Shown: positions 38,707-48,395 of the stretch, piece after piece
Numbering within the stretch: the first letter of the stretch is position 1
Layout: every line of letters begins with the position of its first letter
Virus record (IMG/VR): IMGVR_UViG_3300033074_000984
Source: a virus
Lineage: Duplodnaviria > Caudoviricetes
Length of the DNA: 64,000 nt
Strand: one strand, 5' to 3'
Position numbers and translations under genes: made by a program
Notes under the pieces: generated by a model
The model's input: only the letters and a program-made list of their open reading frames with translations
Told to the model about the DNA's origin: nothing
Databases searched by the model: none

Positions 38707-39156
38707 ATGAAGACACACTTGAAGATCAAGATCCTCGAGCTCTCCGAAGAGAGCAGGATCATTCGTCGTGAAAAGCACAAGTGGCTCGAGAAGCGCCGAC
38801 GAGCGAAGGCTCGTCACCCTGACTACGTTGACAAGTCATGGATGTGGAGGTCGCTCCATGATCATCGAGTCGGCACGCTGCGCTCGGAGTCTCGCGCCTG
38901 TCTCTTGGCTTACGCGATCCTTCGCGATAGGACCTACGAGCAGGTCGAGGGCACTGCCAAGACACAGCCGGACTGGAATCGTGTCTGGGAGAAACTCAAG
39001 CTCTCCAATCGACGCGAGCACTGGGACGCAGGGTCGTACTACTACTTCACCAAGGAGGAGCTCCTTCAAAAGTTCGAGGACTTTCGTGCCAGCGCGAAAC
39101 GCCGCGAAGCTCGCGCTCCGGTTGTGGAGACCGTGGTGGAGAGCCTCAACTACTAG
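38707..39156 (+). CDS. Conserved hypothetical phage protein
   Basis: HLKIKI..L.EE.RIIR, R.ESR...LAY..LR. Confidence 0.7.
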   Translation: MKTHLKIKILELSEESRIIRREKHKWLEKRRRAKARHPDYVDKSWMWRSLHDHRVGTLRSESRACLLAYAILRDRTYEQVEGTAKTQPDWNRVWEKLKLSNRREHWDAGSYYYFTKEELLQKFEDFRASAKRREARAPVVETVVESLNY

Positions 39157-39161
39157 TTGCA

Positions 39162-39194
39162 AGAGGGGGCGCAAGAGCCCCCTCTAACTTTTTT
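39162..39194 (+). terminator. Intrinsic terminator
   Basis: AGAGGGGGC-gcaaga-GCCCCCTCT then T-run. Confidence 0.7.
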
Positions 39195-39334
39195 AGTCTG
39201 ACGGCTGTTTTTTAAGCCAATGAGATCAATGGGTTGCAGAAACAACGTTGATATCATTGGCTTTTTTGCTTATTGACTAACGTGGCGAACTGATGTACTA
39301 TCTGTCCTACGATAAACGAAGGGACACCGACATC

Positions 39335-40207
39335 ATGGCACGCTCCGCTGCACGCGCTCCTCGCGAAAAAATGTCCGGCTACGACCGCCGTTTTCTCGCT
39401 GAGGTCACTGCTACGACGACCAAGCGCAGCCACGTCGAGACCGACGAGGAGATCGAACGGAAGCTCGCCGAGCGCTTCGAGGTCATCGCTGACCTGACCC
39501 TTGGCGCGACCATGGGTCTCACTCAGGGCGCCATCTTCTCCGGCCCCGCCGGCATCGGCAAGTCTTACGTCGTCGACCAGACGCTTCGTAACTGGGACCC
39601 GAACCGCGTCAACCACGTGATCGTCAAGGGCTACGTCAAAGCTACCGGCCTCTACAAGCTTCTCTGGAAGTTCCGTGAAGAGGGTCAGGTCGTGGTCTTC
39701 GACGACGCTGATGCGATCTTCTTTGACGACGTCGCGCTCGGCATCCTCAAGGCCGTTTGCGACACCACTCAGGAGCGCGTCGTGAACTGGCTGTCCGAAG
39801 GCGTGCTGATCGACGAAGACACCGGCGACAAGATCCCGAGCACCTTCGAATACAAGGGCACGGTGCTCTTTATCACTAACATCGACTTCGACGTGCAGGT
39901 CGAGCGCGACACTCGTTTGACCCCGCACCTCATCGCTCTCATGAGCCGCTCGCATTACATCTGCCTGAACATGCGCTCGCGTCGCGACTACATCGTGCGC
40001 ATTCGTCAGGTGATCCGCCAGGGCCTCTTGAAGAACCGCGGCCTCGACGCGGTCGGCGAAAAGGCTGTGGTCGAGTACATCGAAAAGAAGGCCGACCAGC
40101 TGCGAGAGCTGTCGCTCCGCATGGCTCTGAAGCTCTCTGACATCTATCGGCTCAAGGGTCCTGCGAAATGGGAAGCGATGGCGACCGTCACCTGTTGTCG
40201 CAGCTGA
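39335..40207 (+). CDS. P-loop (AAA-like) ATPase, early gene
   Basis: GPAGIGKS, VVFDDAD, FITN, ALMSR. Confidence 0.85.
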   Translation: MARSAARAPREKMSGYDRRFLAEVTATTTKRSHVETDEEIERKLAERFEVIADLTLGATMGLTQGAIFSGPAGIGKSYVVDQTLRNWDPNRVNHVIVKGYVKATGLYKLLWKFREEGQVVVFDDADAIFFDDVALGILKAVCDTTQERVVNWLSEGVLIDEDTGDKIPSTFEYKGTVLFITNIDFDVQVERDTRLTPHLIALMSRSHYICLNMRSRRDYIVRIRQVIRQGLLKNRGLDAVGEKAVVEYIEKKADQLRELSLRMALKLSDIYRLKGPAKWEAMATVTCCRS

Positions 40208-40266
40208 GTCGGCACGGGGGAGGAGCACTCCTCCCCCTCACTCTTCGAAGCGTTTAGGAGCTTAGA

Positions 40267-40455
40267 ATGTACATCACTAACGACGACGAGTACCATGCAG
40301 CTCTCGAGCGCGTTGACACGCTCATGTCCGCTGCGCCCGGCACTCCCGAAGCTGAAGAGCTCTCTGCTCTTGTTGATGACATCTGCGACTACGAAGACGT
40401 TCACTTCGGTCACGTCTCATTTGAAGATGAAGCTGAAGATGGAGAGGACGAATGA
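40267..40455 (+). CDS. Stand-alone HigA-antitoxin N-terminal-like protein
   Basis: ITNDDEYHAALERVDTLM.A.PGTPEAEEL..L...I.DYE. Confidence 0.65.
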   Translation: MYITNDDEYHAALERVDTLMSAAPGTPEAEELSALVDDICDYEDVHFGHVSFEDEAEDGEDE

Positions 40456-41453
40456 GCGGCTGTCTGTCATCTATCGGGCCGTGTCACTTCTATCAGACGC
40501 ACGGTCACCAGTGTGACATCTGCGCTGAAAGCACTCGACGCGGCGAAGAGATCCAAAAGGCTCGAGAGCTCGATCGCGCCAAGCGCGTGCTCGAACACCT
40601 TGGCTGGACGCTGATCCCTCCGCCGCCTGTCAAGCTCGGCTCGTTGAAGCCGTTTCAACAGTACTACCTTGAGGTCGCGCCCGTCGTCGAGTTACTCGCC
40701 GAAAAGGCTCGCGTTCCGTCTGACGCCGACGCCGACCCACACGCAGACGTCTTGCGTGGTGTCCTCCGCCGCGTCGAGATGCTCAAGAGCGTCCTTATGG
40801 TTACGGGAGTCCCTGCAGCGGTCGTCGATGCGATGCTCGACGACCCGGGCGAGGAGGCGTGAATGGCTGGTTTTCGCTTTCGTTTCGGCGCACCAAACAG
40901 CGATGCGTCACTTCGGTTCTACGCAGGCAGCATGCTATGACCGCAGCGATTGAAGGTAGAAGAAGACTCATACGAGAGATCCTCGACTTCGTCGAGAGCG
41001 AGTCGGCCAAGGCGCCTACGAACAGTGAGCGGTACCACGTCTTGTTGAGTGTATCCGCAGCTGTCGGCGACATGGCTTATGGCCTTACAAGGGGTGACGA
41101 CGTCATCCAGCCACCGATGTGTTAACAATAGAGAAGGAAAGACTGACATGCAATCTCCTACGTTCAAGTGCGGCCCTGACCTTACGCAAGACTGTGCTGT
41201 CGGCGACCGCATCGCTTGGTACTCTGCAGCTTTCGGCTGCATGCGCACTGGTACGCTTGAAAAGGTGACGTTCAAGCGCGGATGCGCTGGCCACGTCCAT
41301 GCGCACTTCTTTGTGCGAGCAGACAAGATTCCGTCGCTTCACTGGGTCTCCACCGGCGTGTCGCTCTACATGCCTGAGCGCTTTATTCGTCTTCCTGAAG
41401 AGCAGCCACTGCCGTTCGGCACGCCCGCTCCGGCTGAGAAGGAGGTCTGAACC

Positions 41454-42026
41454 GTGTCGTGCGTCGGTTTAGCCAGCGTACGTACCTTCTTCGTCGAGGG
41501 CCAGATGCTCTGCACTGACCCGTGTTACAAGCACGAAGACGACAACCTCATGAGGGGCCTCACAGCCCTTCTTGACACTCGTCCGGGCCTCTGGCGCTTC
41601 CATTGGAAGATGGCTGAAGACGGCTGGGCAGGCGAGCGCGTCGAGCTCCTCGAGGCGTGGCACGACGACTGTCGCAGGTACCTGTCTCGGGTAGACGAGT
41701 TCGTCGCCGATCTTGGCGTCGACTCCGGCCAGATGGGCTTCTTCGACTTCGAGAGCTTCAAGAGGCGCTTTGACAAGGACTATGATCGCGACGGCTGCTT
41801 CTATCACGAAGCGTGTGAGCTGACCCTTGCGCCGACGATGGGCGGGGCGATCTCGACGAGCGACTTGCTCGAACAGCCGTTCGGCGCAGTGACGTCGAGC
41901 GGCTATGGAGACGGTAGCTACGGGCTCTACGTCGCGCGCGACGCCGACGGCAAGGTGGTTGCGGCTCGCGTCGTTTTCATCGACGAAGAGCTCGAAGAGG
42001 AGAGCGACTACGAGGACGACGAATGA
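41454..42026 (+). CDS. DUF4241-like protein
   Basis: TDPCY, GVDSGQMGFFD, SSGYGDGSY. Confidence 0.65.
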   Translation: MSCVGLASVRTFFVEGQMLCTDPCYKHEDDNLMRGLTALLDTRPGLWRFHWKMAEDGWAGERVELLEAWHDDCRRYLSRVDEFVADLGVDSGQMGFFDFESFKRRFDKDYDRDGCFYHEACELTLAPTMGGAISTSDLLEQPFGAVTSSGYGDGSYGLYVARDADGKVVAARVVFIDEELEEESDYEDDE

Positions 42027-43024
42027 GCCTCTTTGTCGTGATCTACATCTCTGGAGTGATCGGCGGCTACGCCGGTCCTCTTCCCTACGACTATCAAGAG
42101 TGCCGCGCCCGAGCTCAAGAGCTTCAAGACGCTGCAGACAAGAAGCCAGAGCTCGAGGTGAGGTTCACTTGCGAGGCGCTTAAGGCTCCTCCGACGATAG
42201 AGCGATGAGATAAATACTCCGAAAGGAGTACGTCTATGAGCGTCTATCGTCCCTACAAGAAGGTCCCGAGCGTTCGTCCAGGTAAGCCCCTGGCGCAGCG
42301 CCCGGGCAAGCAGGCCGCTGAGCGACCGTCTACTGCTACAGACAAGAGGATTCGAAGAGCCCGATCAGCTCTCGTCACTGTCAAGACGGACAGCTAAAGA
42401 AGCAAAACTCGGGTTGACAATCTGAAAAGAGTGCGATATATATAGCAGCATGACAAACGAGTTCACGATATCCAACGAGCGCCCAGACTGTTATCCGGAA
42501 GGATGGCACGACGCTACAAAGAGCCCCCTTTTTGAGGGGTGGTTGATCGAGAAGCGTCTCGATCTCGTGAACGTCTAACTACAGCCTGGGCCACTCGCCC
42601 CGGTTGCTACGGGGTGGAAGAGGCCACTTACTTCAGCCAAACTCCCTCCGTGATCTGTCAGACAGCGGCCCTCTGCGCATATGGGTCGTCGACGGCTTGT
42701 AGAGGGGAAACTCGCTGGTTTCAAGCGTCGAAGGTATAGGTCATGTACAAACACGTAAGAAAAGACAGAAAACCAGCAACGAGATCTTCGTCGAGCATGC
42801 TTAACGCGCTCGGCAAAGCTACGCGACGAGCGACTTATGGAAAACCTAAAGATCGTTCGAAAATAAAGACTCCGAGAGTACACCTCTCGGTAGTTAAGTG
42901 AAGCAGTATCCACGACCACCATCAGCTAGGACTCGAAGTCTCGGAGCGAGTCGCGTATGCGACGCGTGAGCCTGCACGAGAACGTGAGCAAGATGCGAAC
43001 TGGTGATGGTCATGAATGCTACTC

Positions 43025-43099
43025 GCCGACCAAGCATTGACGGCGATGCGCCGGTTTCGTAAACCGGATAAGCGAGTTCGAATCTCGCGGTCGGCTCCA
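43025..43099 (+). tRNA. tRNA-Thr(CGT)
   Basis: Cloverleaf, CCA end. Confidence 0.9.
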
Positions 43100-43116
43100 A
43101 AAAGGGAGAACTTGCT

Positions 43117-43662
43117 ATGTTGAAGACGTTATCTGCTCTTGCACTGTCAACGGCTCTGATCGCTACGCCGGCTCTTGCCGGTGACTTCTATAACAAGAGC
43201 TTTGGCAGCTGGACCGTTCGTGGCTTTACGATGGACGACGGCCTTCGCGTATGCACCATGAGGGGCAGCGGGTCAGAGGACTTCGGCTTCTCAATCGCAA
43301 GCATCGGTGAAGATGATGTGATCTTTGCAAAGATGCCTGACTGGCGCGTCACGGTTACGAGCCCTGAGCAGACGTTCTTACGTAGCGGCACCATCAACTT
43401 CGAACAGCTCGACGGCTCTTGGGTCAACGGGACCGCGACCTTCGGCGTAGTCCCTCCGCCAGAGGGTACGCAGTTGCCAGCCGACACGATCACGTTCACA
43501 ACGACGATCACGTCGAAGAACTTCTTCAAGTACTTCGCCAGCGCGAAGAAGATCCAGATCTTCATCGAAGGCTTCGGCTCGAGAGCACTCGCAGTCGATC
43601 TTAACGACTCTCGCGGCGCACTCAGCTATCTCGCTCGCTGCGTTGAGATTCGTGGAAAGTAA
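43117..43662 (+). CDS. Secreted/periplasmic hypothetical protein
   Basis: N-terminal signal peptide ending ALA. Confidence 0.7.
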   Translation: MLKTLSALALSTALIATPALAGDFYNKSFGSWTVRGFTMDDGLRVCTMRGSGSEDFGFSIASIGEDDVIFAKMPDWRVTVTSPEQTFLRSGTINFEQLDGSWVNGTATFGVVPPPEGTQLPADTITFTTTITSKNFFKYFASAKKIQIFIEGFGSRALAVDLNDSRGALSYLARCVEIRGK

Positions 43663-43669
43663 AGCTATC

Positions 43670-43743
43670 GCCGGTGTAGCTTAGCGTAAAGCCCCCGTCT
43701 TGTAAGCGGAGAGTCGGCAGCTCAACCCTGCCCGCCGGCACCA
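43670..43743 (+). tRNA. tRNA-Thr(TGT), non-canonical T loop
   Basis: GCCGGTG/CGCCGGC ACCA; loop CT-TGT-AA. Confidence 0.75.
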
Positions 43744-43963
43744 ATAGAGAGAGCTCATGTACGTTCGTCTTAACAGCGCTCAAGAGCTTGGATCTGTTCT
43801 TAGCTCTATGAGTGACTCAGAGGTGACTCTAGACACGTTTTGTGGAGTAGACTCACAAAAGCTCCTTCCTGTAACCGGCTTCTCGGTTGGAGGAGTGACG
43901 TATCTAGTCGACAAGGACGTAGAGCTAGACTTCAAAAGAAGAGAGACTATCGAAGCGCCAAGC

Positions 43964-44046
43964 TCCAGGATGCCCGAACGGTAAGGGGACTGGCTGTTAA
44001 CCAGAGGTCACCGAAAGGTGTACAGGTTCGATTCCTGTTCCTGGAG
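43964..44046 (+). tRNA. tRNA-Asn(GTT) with long variable arm
   Basis: TCCAGGA/TCCTGGA-G; CT-GTT-AA; no encoded CCA. Confidence 0.8.
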
Positions 44047-44248
44047 CTTGGCGCTTTAACCTCTCTGCTATACGCCTAACGTGAGTGTGAGACACTCCTA
44101 GCTCTTTAGCTGCTGCAGCTATCCAGCCACGTTTGTTTTGATCGAAGCGTCCTATCACCTCCTGATAAGCTTCGAGTTCTAGGCCTGAGAGCATCGTTCC
44201 TGGTACACCCTTGAACCTTCTCTCGGTCTTAGAACGCTTGGTGTCCAC
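43997..44248 (-). pseudogene. HTH-only ORF, probable homing-endonuclease remnant ending inside tRNA-Asn
   Basis: GW....AKELGVSHTHVRR. Confidence 0.45.
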
Positions 44249-44470
44249 TTAATCCAGGCAGTCCCGGGATCACAGTAGGGGACCGCGCCAGCTTCGGCGC
44301 GGAAAAGTAGAGCCGCCGCGAGGATTGAGGCGAGACAGGACACAGTTTGAGCGAACGTCGCCGTGGCGCCGCGCAGCGACAAGTAGCGGACGAGTCTTCA
44401 TCCTCTCCACTTAACGCGGCAATACGCCGTTGACAAATCGCGCGAGTCGTCGTACTATACGCAACATCAA

Positions 44471-44893
44471 ATGACGGAGAGTGACGTGGAACTCGGCAGC
44501 AAGGTGATGATAGGAAAGACGCTTACCGCCGTGTATCTTGCGTCTGATCGTCGAGCGATAAAGTTCGACACTGACCTCGGTGAGGTCATTGCAAAGTGTG
44601 ACGGTGACTGTTGCTCCTCGACATGGATCGAGTCGTTGATGCTGCCAGCTGGCGGCTTGCCAGCTCTCGTCACGGACACTCGCGACCTTCGACTGGGAAG
44701 TCACACGAAGGATTACGACTTGACGCAGTTCTACGGTCTGCGCCTTGTAACAGACAAGGGCGACTTGGAGCTTGACTATCGCAACGAGTCGAACGGCTAC
44801 TACGGGGGAAACCTTTCGTGGCCGGGTGAGTACTTCTACGGCGGAGTGTTCGGTCAGAACGAGTCGTCAATGGAGTGGCAGCTCGCTGAATAA
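44471..44893 (+). CDS. Conserved hypothetical phage protein
   Basis: DCCS.TWIE, TDKG, RNESNGYYGG. Confidence 0.7.
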   Translation: MTESDVELGSKVMIGKTLTAVYLASDRRAIKFDTDLGEVIAKCDGDCCSSTWIESLMLPAGGLPALVTDTRDLRLGSHTKDYDLTQFYGLRLVTDKGDLELDYRNESNGYYGGNLSWPGEYFYGGVFGQNESSMEWQLAE

Positions 44894-44901
44894 GGGTTAA
44901 T

Positions 44902-44975
44902 GGGGGCGTCGTCTAGCGGCCTAGGATATCTGGACTCTCAATCCGGAGACACGGGTTCGAATCCCGTCGTCCCTA
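44902..44975 (+). tRNA. tRNA-Glu(CTC)
   Basis: Cloverleaf; CCA position reads CATAG. Confidence 0.88.
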
Positions 44976-45028
44976 CATAGGCCTCTCGATGATACATAGA
45001 TACGTGCTGTGTATCTCGGGAGGCTCCC

Positions 45029-45565
45029 ATCCACTACCTGATCTACGAGACTCTCTGTCTTGTCAACGGCAAGACGTACGTCGGCAAGCACCAGACGCGA
45101 GACGTTAACGACGGCTACGTCGGGTCCGGCAAACTTCTTAAGAGGGCCGTAGCTCGTTACGGCGCCGACAACTTCGTCACGCGCGTCCTGTACGACTTCG
45201 ACGCCGAGTGGAAGATGAACGTGGCTGAACGCGTCTTGGTCTGTACGGACCCAGAAGTGAGCTACAACCTCTGTCCAGGTGGCAAGGGCGGCTGGCGATA
45301 CGTGAACGACTCTTTAACGCATGTAATGCGCAGTGTAAGAGCAGCAAACTTGCTAAAGGGTGCTAGTGCAGGCGGTAGAGCGCGGTTTTTGAAAATGGGA
45401 ATGCCGCATAAATTCATAGAAGCGGCAAAGCATCAGGGAAACGCCTTCCTAGGAAGGAAACACTCTGAAGAGACTAAAGCGCGAATGCGCGCTAATCACT
45501 CTGCAAAGAGTCATCCGAGAGGCCCTCGCGGTCCTTACAAAAAACTAAAGAGGGCGAATGTCTGA
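45029..45565 (+). CDS. SegB-like GIY-YIG homing endonuclease, probable ATC start
   Basis: GGAGG-5nt-ATC then HYLIYETLCLVNGKTYVGKHQT..DGYVGSG, in frame with the 45215 ORF; NUMOD3 GRKHSEETK. Confidence 0.8.
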   Translation: MHYLIYETLCLVNGKTYVGKHQTRDVNDGYVGSGKLLKRAVARYGADNFVTRVLYDFDAEWKMNVAERVLVCTDPEVSYNLCPGGKGGWRYVNDSLTHVMRSVRAANLLKGASAGGRARFLKMGMPHKFIEAAKHQGNAFLGRKHSEETKARMRANHSAKSHPRGPRGPYKKLKRANV

Positions 45566-45813
45566 GAAGTTCCAAGAGTACAAGCTGCAAGTTCGCGTAT
45601 TGGATCGTGACGAGTTCAAACGAGTCATGGACGCGTTTGATCCGTTTCGAGAAGACATCGACTACGTCGCTCGCATAATTAATGAGCGCACTCTTGAGCC
45701 CTCGATAATCTTCGCGATAGTTGCAAAGTCTAGGACGGGGTTTCGTCCACACTACATGGCGCCGCTTGAGATGATCGAAGACCTCAAGGCTGTAAGTCGC
45801 GACAAGAACCAGA

Positions 45814-45887
45814 GCTGCCTTAGCTCAATGGAAGAGCGTCCGGCTGTGGACCGGGAGACCTGAGATCGATACTCGGAGGCAGTACCA
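45814..45887 (+). tRNA. tRNA-His(GTG), no G-1, A73
   Basis: GCTGCCT/AGGCAGT-A-CCA. Confidence 0.88.
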
Positions 45888-45889
45888 AT

Positions 45890-46187
45890 GCCCGTTAGCT
45901 TAACGAGAGCGCCCGCTAAGCGGGAGGCGGATACTCGACGTGTCCTCGGGCTCCAGCTTCTGAGCTAGCTCAAACAGAGCACTGGGTCGTAGCCCTTAAC
46001 AGGGTCGATCTAGCGATGGGGGTCCGAACCCCCCGCTCAGAGCCATATCGGGGTAGCTTAATCCAGAGCACCGCCCTTTAAGGCGGTTGTGGAGGTGAGA
46101 GTCCTCCCCCTGATACCATCCCGAGGTAGCTTAATGAGAGCCTGTCGTGTGGCGGAGATGAAGGTGAGACCCCCTCCCTCGGGGCCA
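45890..46187 (+). ncRNA. Four tandem tRNA-like RNAs with aberrant anticodon arms (45890-45955, 45959-46045, 46047-46118, 46120-46187)
   Basis: Each has an acceptor stem + NCCA, a TAGCT..GAGC D arm and a T-like arm. Confidence 0.7.
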
Positions 46188-46309
46188 GATTCAAGAGCGG
46201 TTGATGAGACGTGGACGAACGTCCTAACAGGACTCGTCTATTCATGGACCGGCTCAGAGTGGCGCTGGACGGGCAGAACTGTTCCGGTGTCAGACTTAGA
46301 CTAGATTAC

Positions 46310-46386
46310 ACGGGTGTAGCTTAGCGGCCAGAGCGGCGGTCTCCAAAACCGCGTCAACGGGGGTTCGAGTCCCTCCTCCCGTGCCA
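46310..46386 (+). tRNA. tRNA-Trp(CCA)
   Basis: Cloverleaf, CCA end. Confidence 0.9.
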
Positions 46387-46394
46387 ACTTTAAC

Positions 46395-46469
46395 GCCTCA
46401 GTAGCTCAGTGGTAGAGCGGATGCCTGAAGAGCATCGCGCCGGAGGTTCGACTCCTTCTTGAGGCACCA
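46395..46469 (+). tRNA. tRNA-Phe(GAA)
   Basis: Cloverleaf, CCA end. Confidence 0.92.
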
Positions 46470-46473
46470 ACAT

Positions 46474-46545
46474 GGACTGCGAAGCTGCCGGTGTGGCTAC
46501 CCGTCTGTCTAACGGGTGAGAGGGGTTCGACTCCCCTGCAGTTCG
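46474..46545 (+). tRNA. tRNA-Asp(GTC)
   Basis: GGACTGC/GCAGTTC-G; CCA position reads CATAG. Confidence 0.8.
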
Positions 46546-46598
46546 CATAGGCCTCCAGACGATACATAGATATGTGCTGTGTATCTCTGGAGGCTCCC

Positions 46599-46778
46599 AT
46601 CCACTACCTGATCTACGAGACTCGATGTCTCGTCAACGGTAAGACGTACGTCGGCAAGCACCAGACACGAGACGTCAATGACGGCTATGTCGGCTCTGAC
46701 AAGTTACTTCGACGCGCCATTAAGAAACATGGAGCCGGGAACTTTGTCACTCGAAGCAGTAAAACAGAAGATACGTGA
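46599..46778 (+). pseudogene. Truncated copy of the SegB-like GIY-YIG gene
   Basis: Near-identical to the N-terminus at 45029, stops after ~60 aa. Confidence 0.8.
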
Positions 46779-46818
46779 GTCGCTGATAAAGCGACGCATG
46801 GGTATGGTATAAGAATAC

Positions 46819-46892
46819 GGGGTGGTGGCGGAACGTCCACGCGAGCGGCTGCAACCCGCGAGAAGTGAGTTAGACTCTCACCCACCCCTCCA
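46819..46892 (+). tRNA. tRNA-Cys(GCA)
   Basis: U73, CCA end. Confidence 0.82.
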
Positions 46893-47009
46893 AATACAAG
46901 GAAGCTAGTGATGTTAGGACTCATGATTGGTCTCGTTACGTTCGCGATCATTTCAGCGATCGTCGTCAAGGGCGCTGAGCTCGTCAACGCAAACGTTCGC
47001 TAGCACGTC

Positions 47010-47080
47010 GGGTAGAGCTCTGGGAGCGGCCGGCTCTGTAAAAGCACGCCAGCGTGGTTCGATTCCACGGCTACCCACCA
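47010..47080 (+). tRNA. Atypical tRNA-Tyr(GTA)-like
   Basis: 6-bp acceptor, minimal D arm, no variable arm, ACCA. Confidence 0.55.
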
Positions 47081-47416
47081 GTTAGAGAGGGCTCTTGATG
47101 GTGCTTCTTCTCGTTGTATGCGCAGTGGCCATTAACTTAAACAGTTGTACAACTGTGCGGGCTTATGGTCCCTACTATGAAGAGGCAGACTGTAAACATT
47201 ACGGCGCCTTAGCAGTGGACAGGGGACAGGCCGCAAAGTACTATTGCGTGCAAGTTCGTGGATAGACGCTGCGAGCTCTGTGGAGAGCCGATTGAACAGT
47301 GCATGGGCTTCCAGCGATCTGATCACTTTGGCGAGTGGCTCGCTGGAACTAGACCTGCCGAGAACATCGGCGAGCGATGTGGGCGGTGCGCTCTCGAGCG
47401 CGTCGTAGAAGAATAC

Positions 47417-47501
47417 GGGGAGGTATGCGGCTAAGGACGCCGCGCCGTCTGTAAAACGGCTGTCTTTGACTGGCTGAGATCGTTACTCAGACTCCCCACC
47501 A
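47417..47501 (+). tRNA. tRNA-Tyr(GTA)
   Basis: CT-GTA-AA, variable arm, ACCA. Confidence 0.82.
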
Positions 47502-47802
47502 ACGCGTGACCTAACGGGTAAGACAAGCTCGGTGCACCGAGGCGATTCGGCCGAGTCGCAAGAGGAGGATGGGTAGAGCTCCCATGCGGTGCATGGCTTG
47601 CTCGGATACCCCACCTGCCCAAGGTCTTCAATAAGAACGCCGACGCTTAGACAACGGCTCGTGAAACAGCTAGAGTCGACGGTTGTTGCATCCGTTAGCG
47701 TCGGCTGCACTCTCGAGGCGACGAACCGGCTGAGATAGAGCGCCTCCTCGCCAGGAAACTGGTCCACGCGTGACGCGGGATAACCAAGTAGTTGCCGGTA
47801 CT

Positions 47803-47877
47803 GCGGACGTGGTATAGAAGGATGTGCCTCTGGCTTCCAACCAGAAGAGGCGAGATCGTTGCTCGCCGTCCGCTCCA
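47803..47877 (+). tRNA. tRNA-Gly(TCC)
   Basis: GCG.. acceptor, U73, CCA. Confidence 0.88.
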
Positions 47878-47883
47878 ATTTAC

Positions 47884-47966
47884 GCCCAGGTGGCATATGG
47901 AAAACGGAACACCTGACCGCCTCAGAAGCGGCGCTTTTGCGGGTTCGAATCCCGCCCTGGGTACCA
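47884..47966 (+). tRNA. tRNA-Leu(CAG)
   Basis: CT-CAG-AA, enlarged D region, ACCA. Confidence 0.78.
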
Positions 47967-48229
47967 ACACGGTGAGCATCTATTTTCCTGATCTCGTTAA
48001 GCGATATGAGAAGCTGGAGCAAGAGCGTCTAGCTAGAGAGCGTGACAGAGAGCGCATTAGAGAGCAGGCTCGTCGCGTAAAACAGATAAATGACGAGATC
48101 GACTTGTACGACTTTAAGATGGACGGAGCGCATCGGCGCCATCGTCAGCAAGGTAACACACTGGCACTCGTAGTGGTGTGTCTAGGCCTGTTATACGTCT
48201 TAGGCATGCTTCTAGCTTTTGTCGGACAC

Positions 48230-48305
48230 GCTCGCGTACCCCAACGGCAGAGGGACCCGGTCGAGAGCCGGTTCAGTGGGAGTTCGAATCTCCCCGCGAG
48301 CACCA
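48230..48305 (+). tRNA. tRNA-Leu(GAG)
   Basis: Short variable loop, C33. Confidence 0.82.
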
Positions 48306-48310
48306 ACGAC

Positions 48311-48393
48311 GCGCGACTGGCTTAGGGAAATCGGTACACTCACTGGCCTTAAAAGTCAGGCTCTTCCGGGTTCGAGTCCCGGGTCGCGCACCA
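48311..48393 (+). tRNA. tRNA-Leu(TAA)
   Basis: CT-TAA-AA, enlarged D region, ACCA. Confidence 0.78.
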
Positions 48394-48395
48394 AC

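Noticed and set aside
1112-40228. Many long antisense or alternate-frame ORFs in the track (e.g. 3284-3985, 11235-11897, 39254-40228)
   Set aside because: Shadows of strongly codon-biased genes on the opposite strand; no motifs or RBS
47098-47434. Apparent ncRNA between the two Tyr tRNAs
   Set aside because: Explained by two small Cys-containing ORFs below the 60-aa cutoff
47710-47800. HDV-like (theta) or pistol ribozyme next to tRNA-Gly
   Set aside because: Too few nucleotides for HDV P3/L3, no P1.1 GG, and pistol consensus absent
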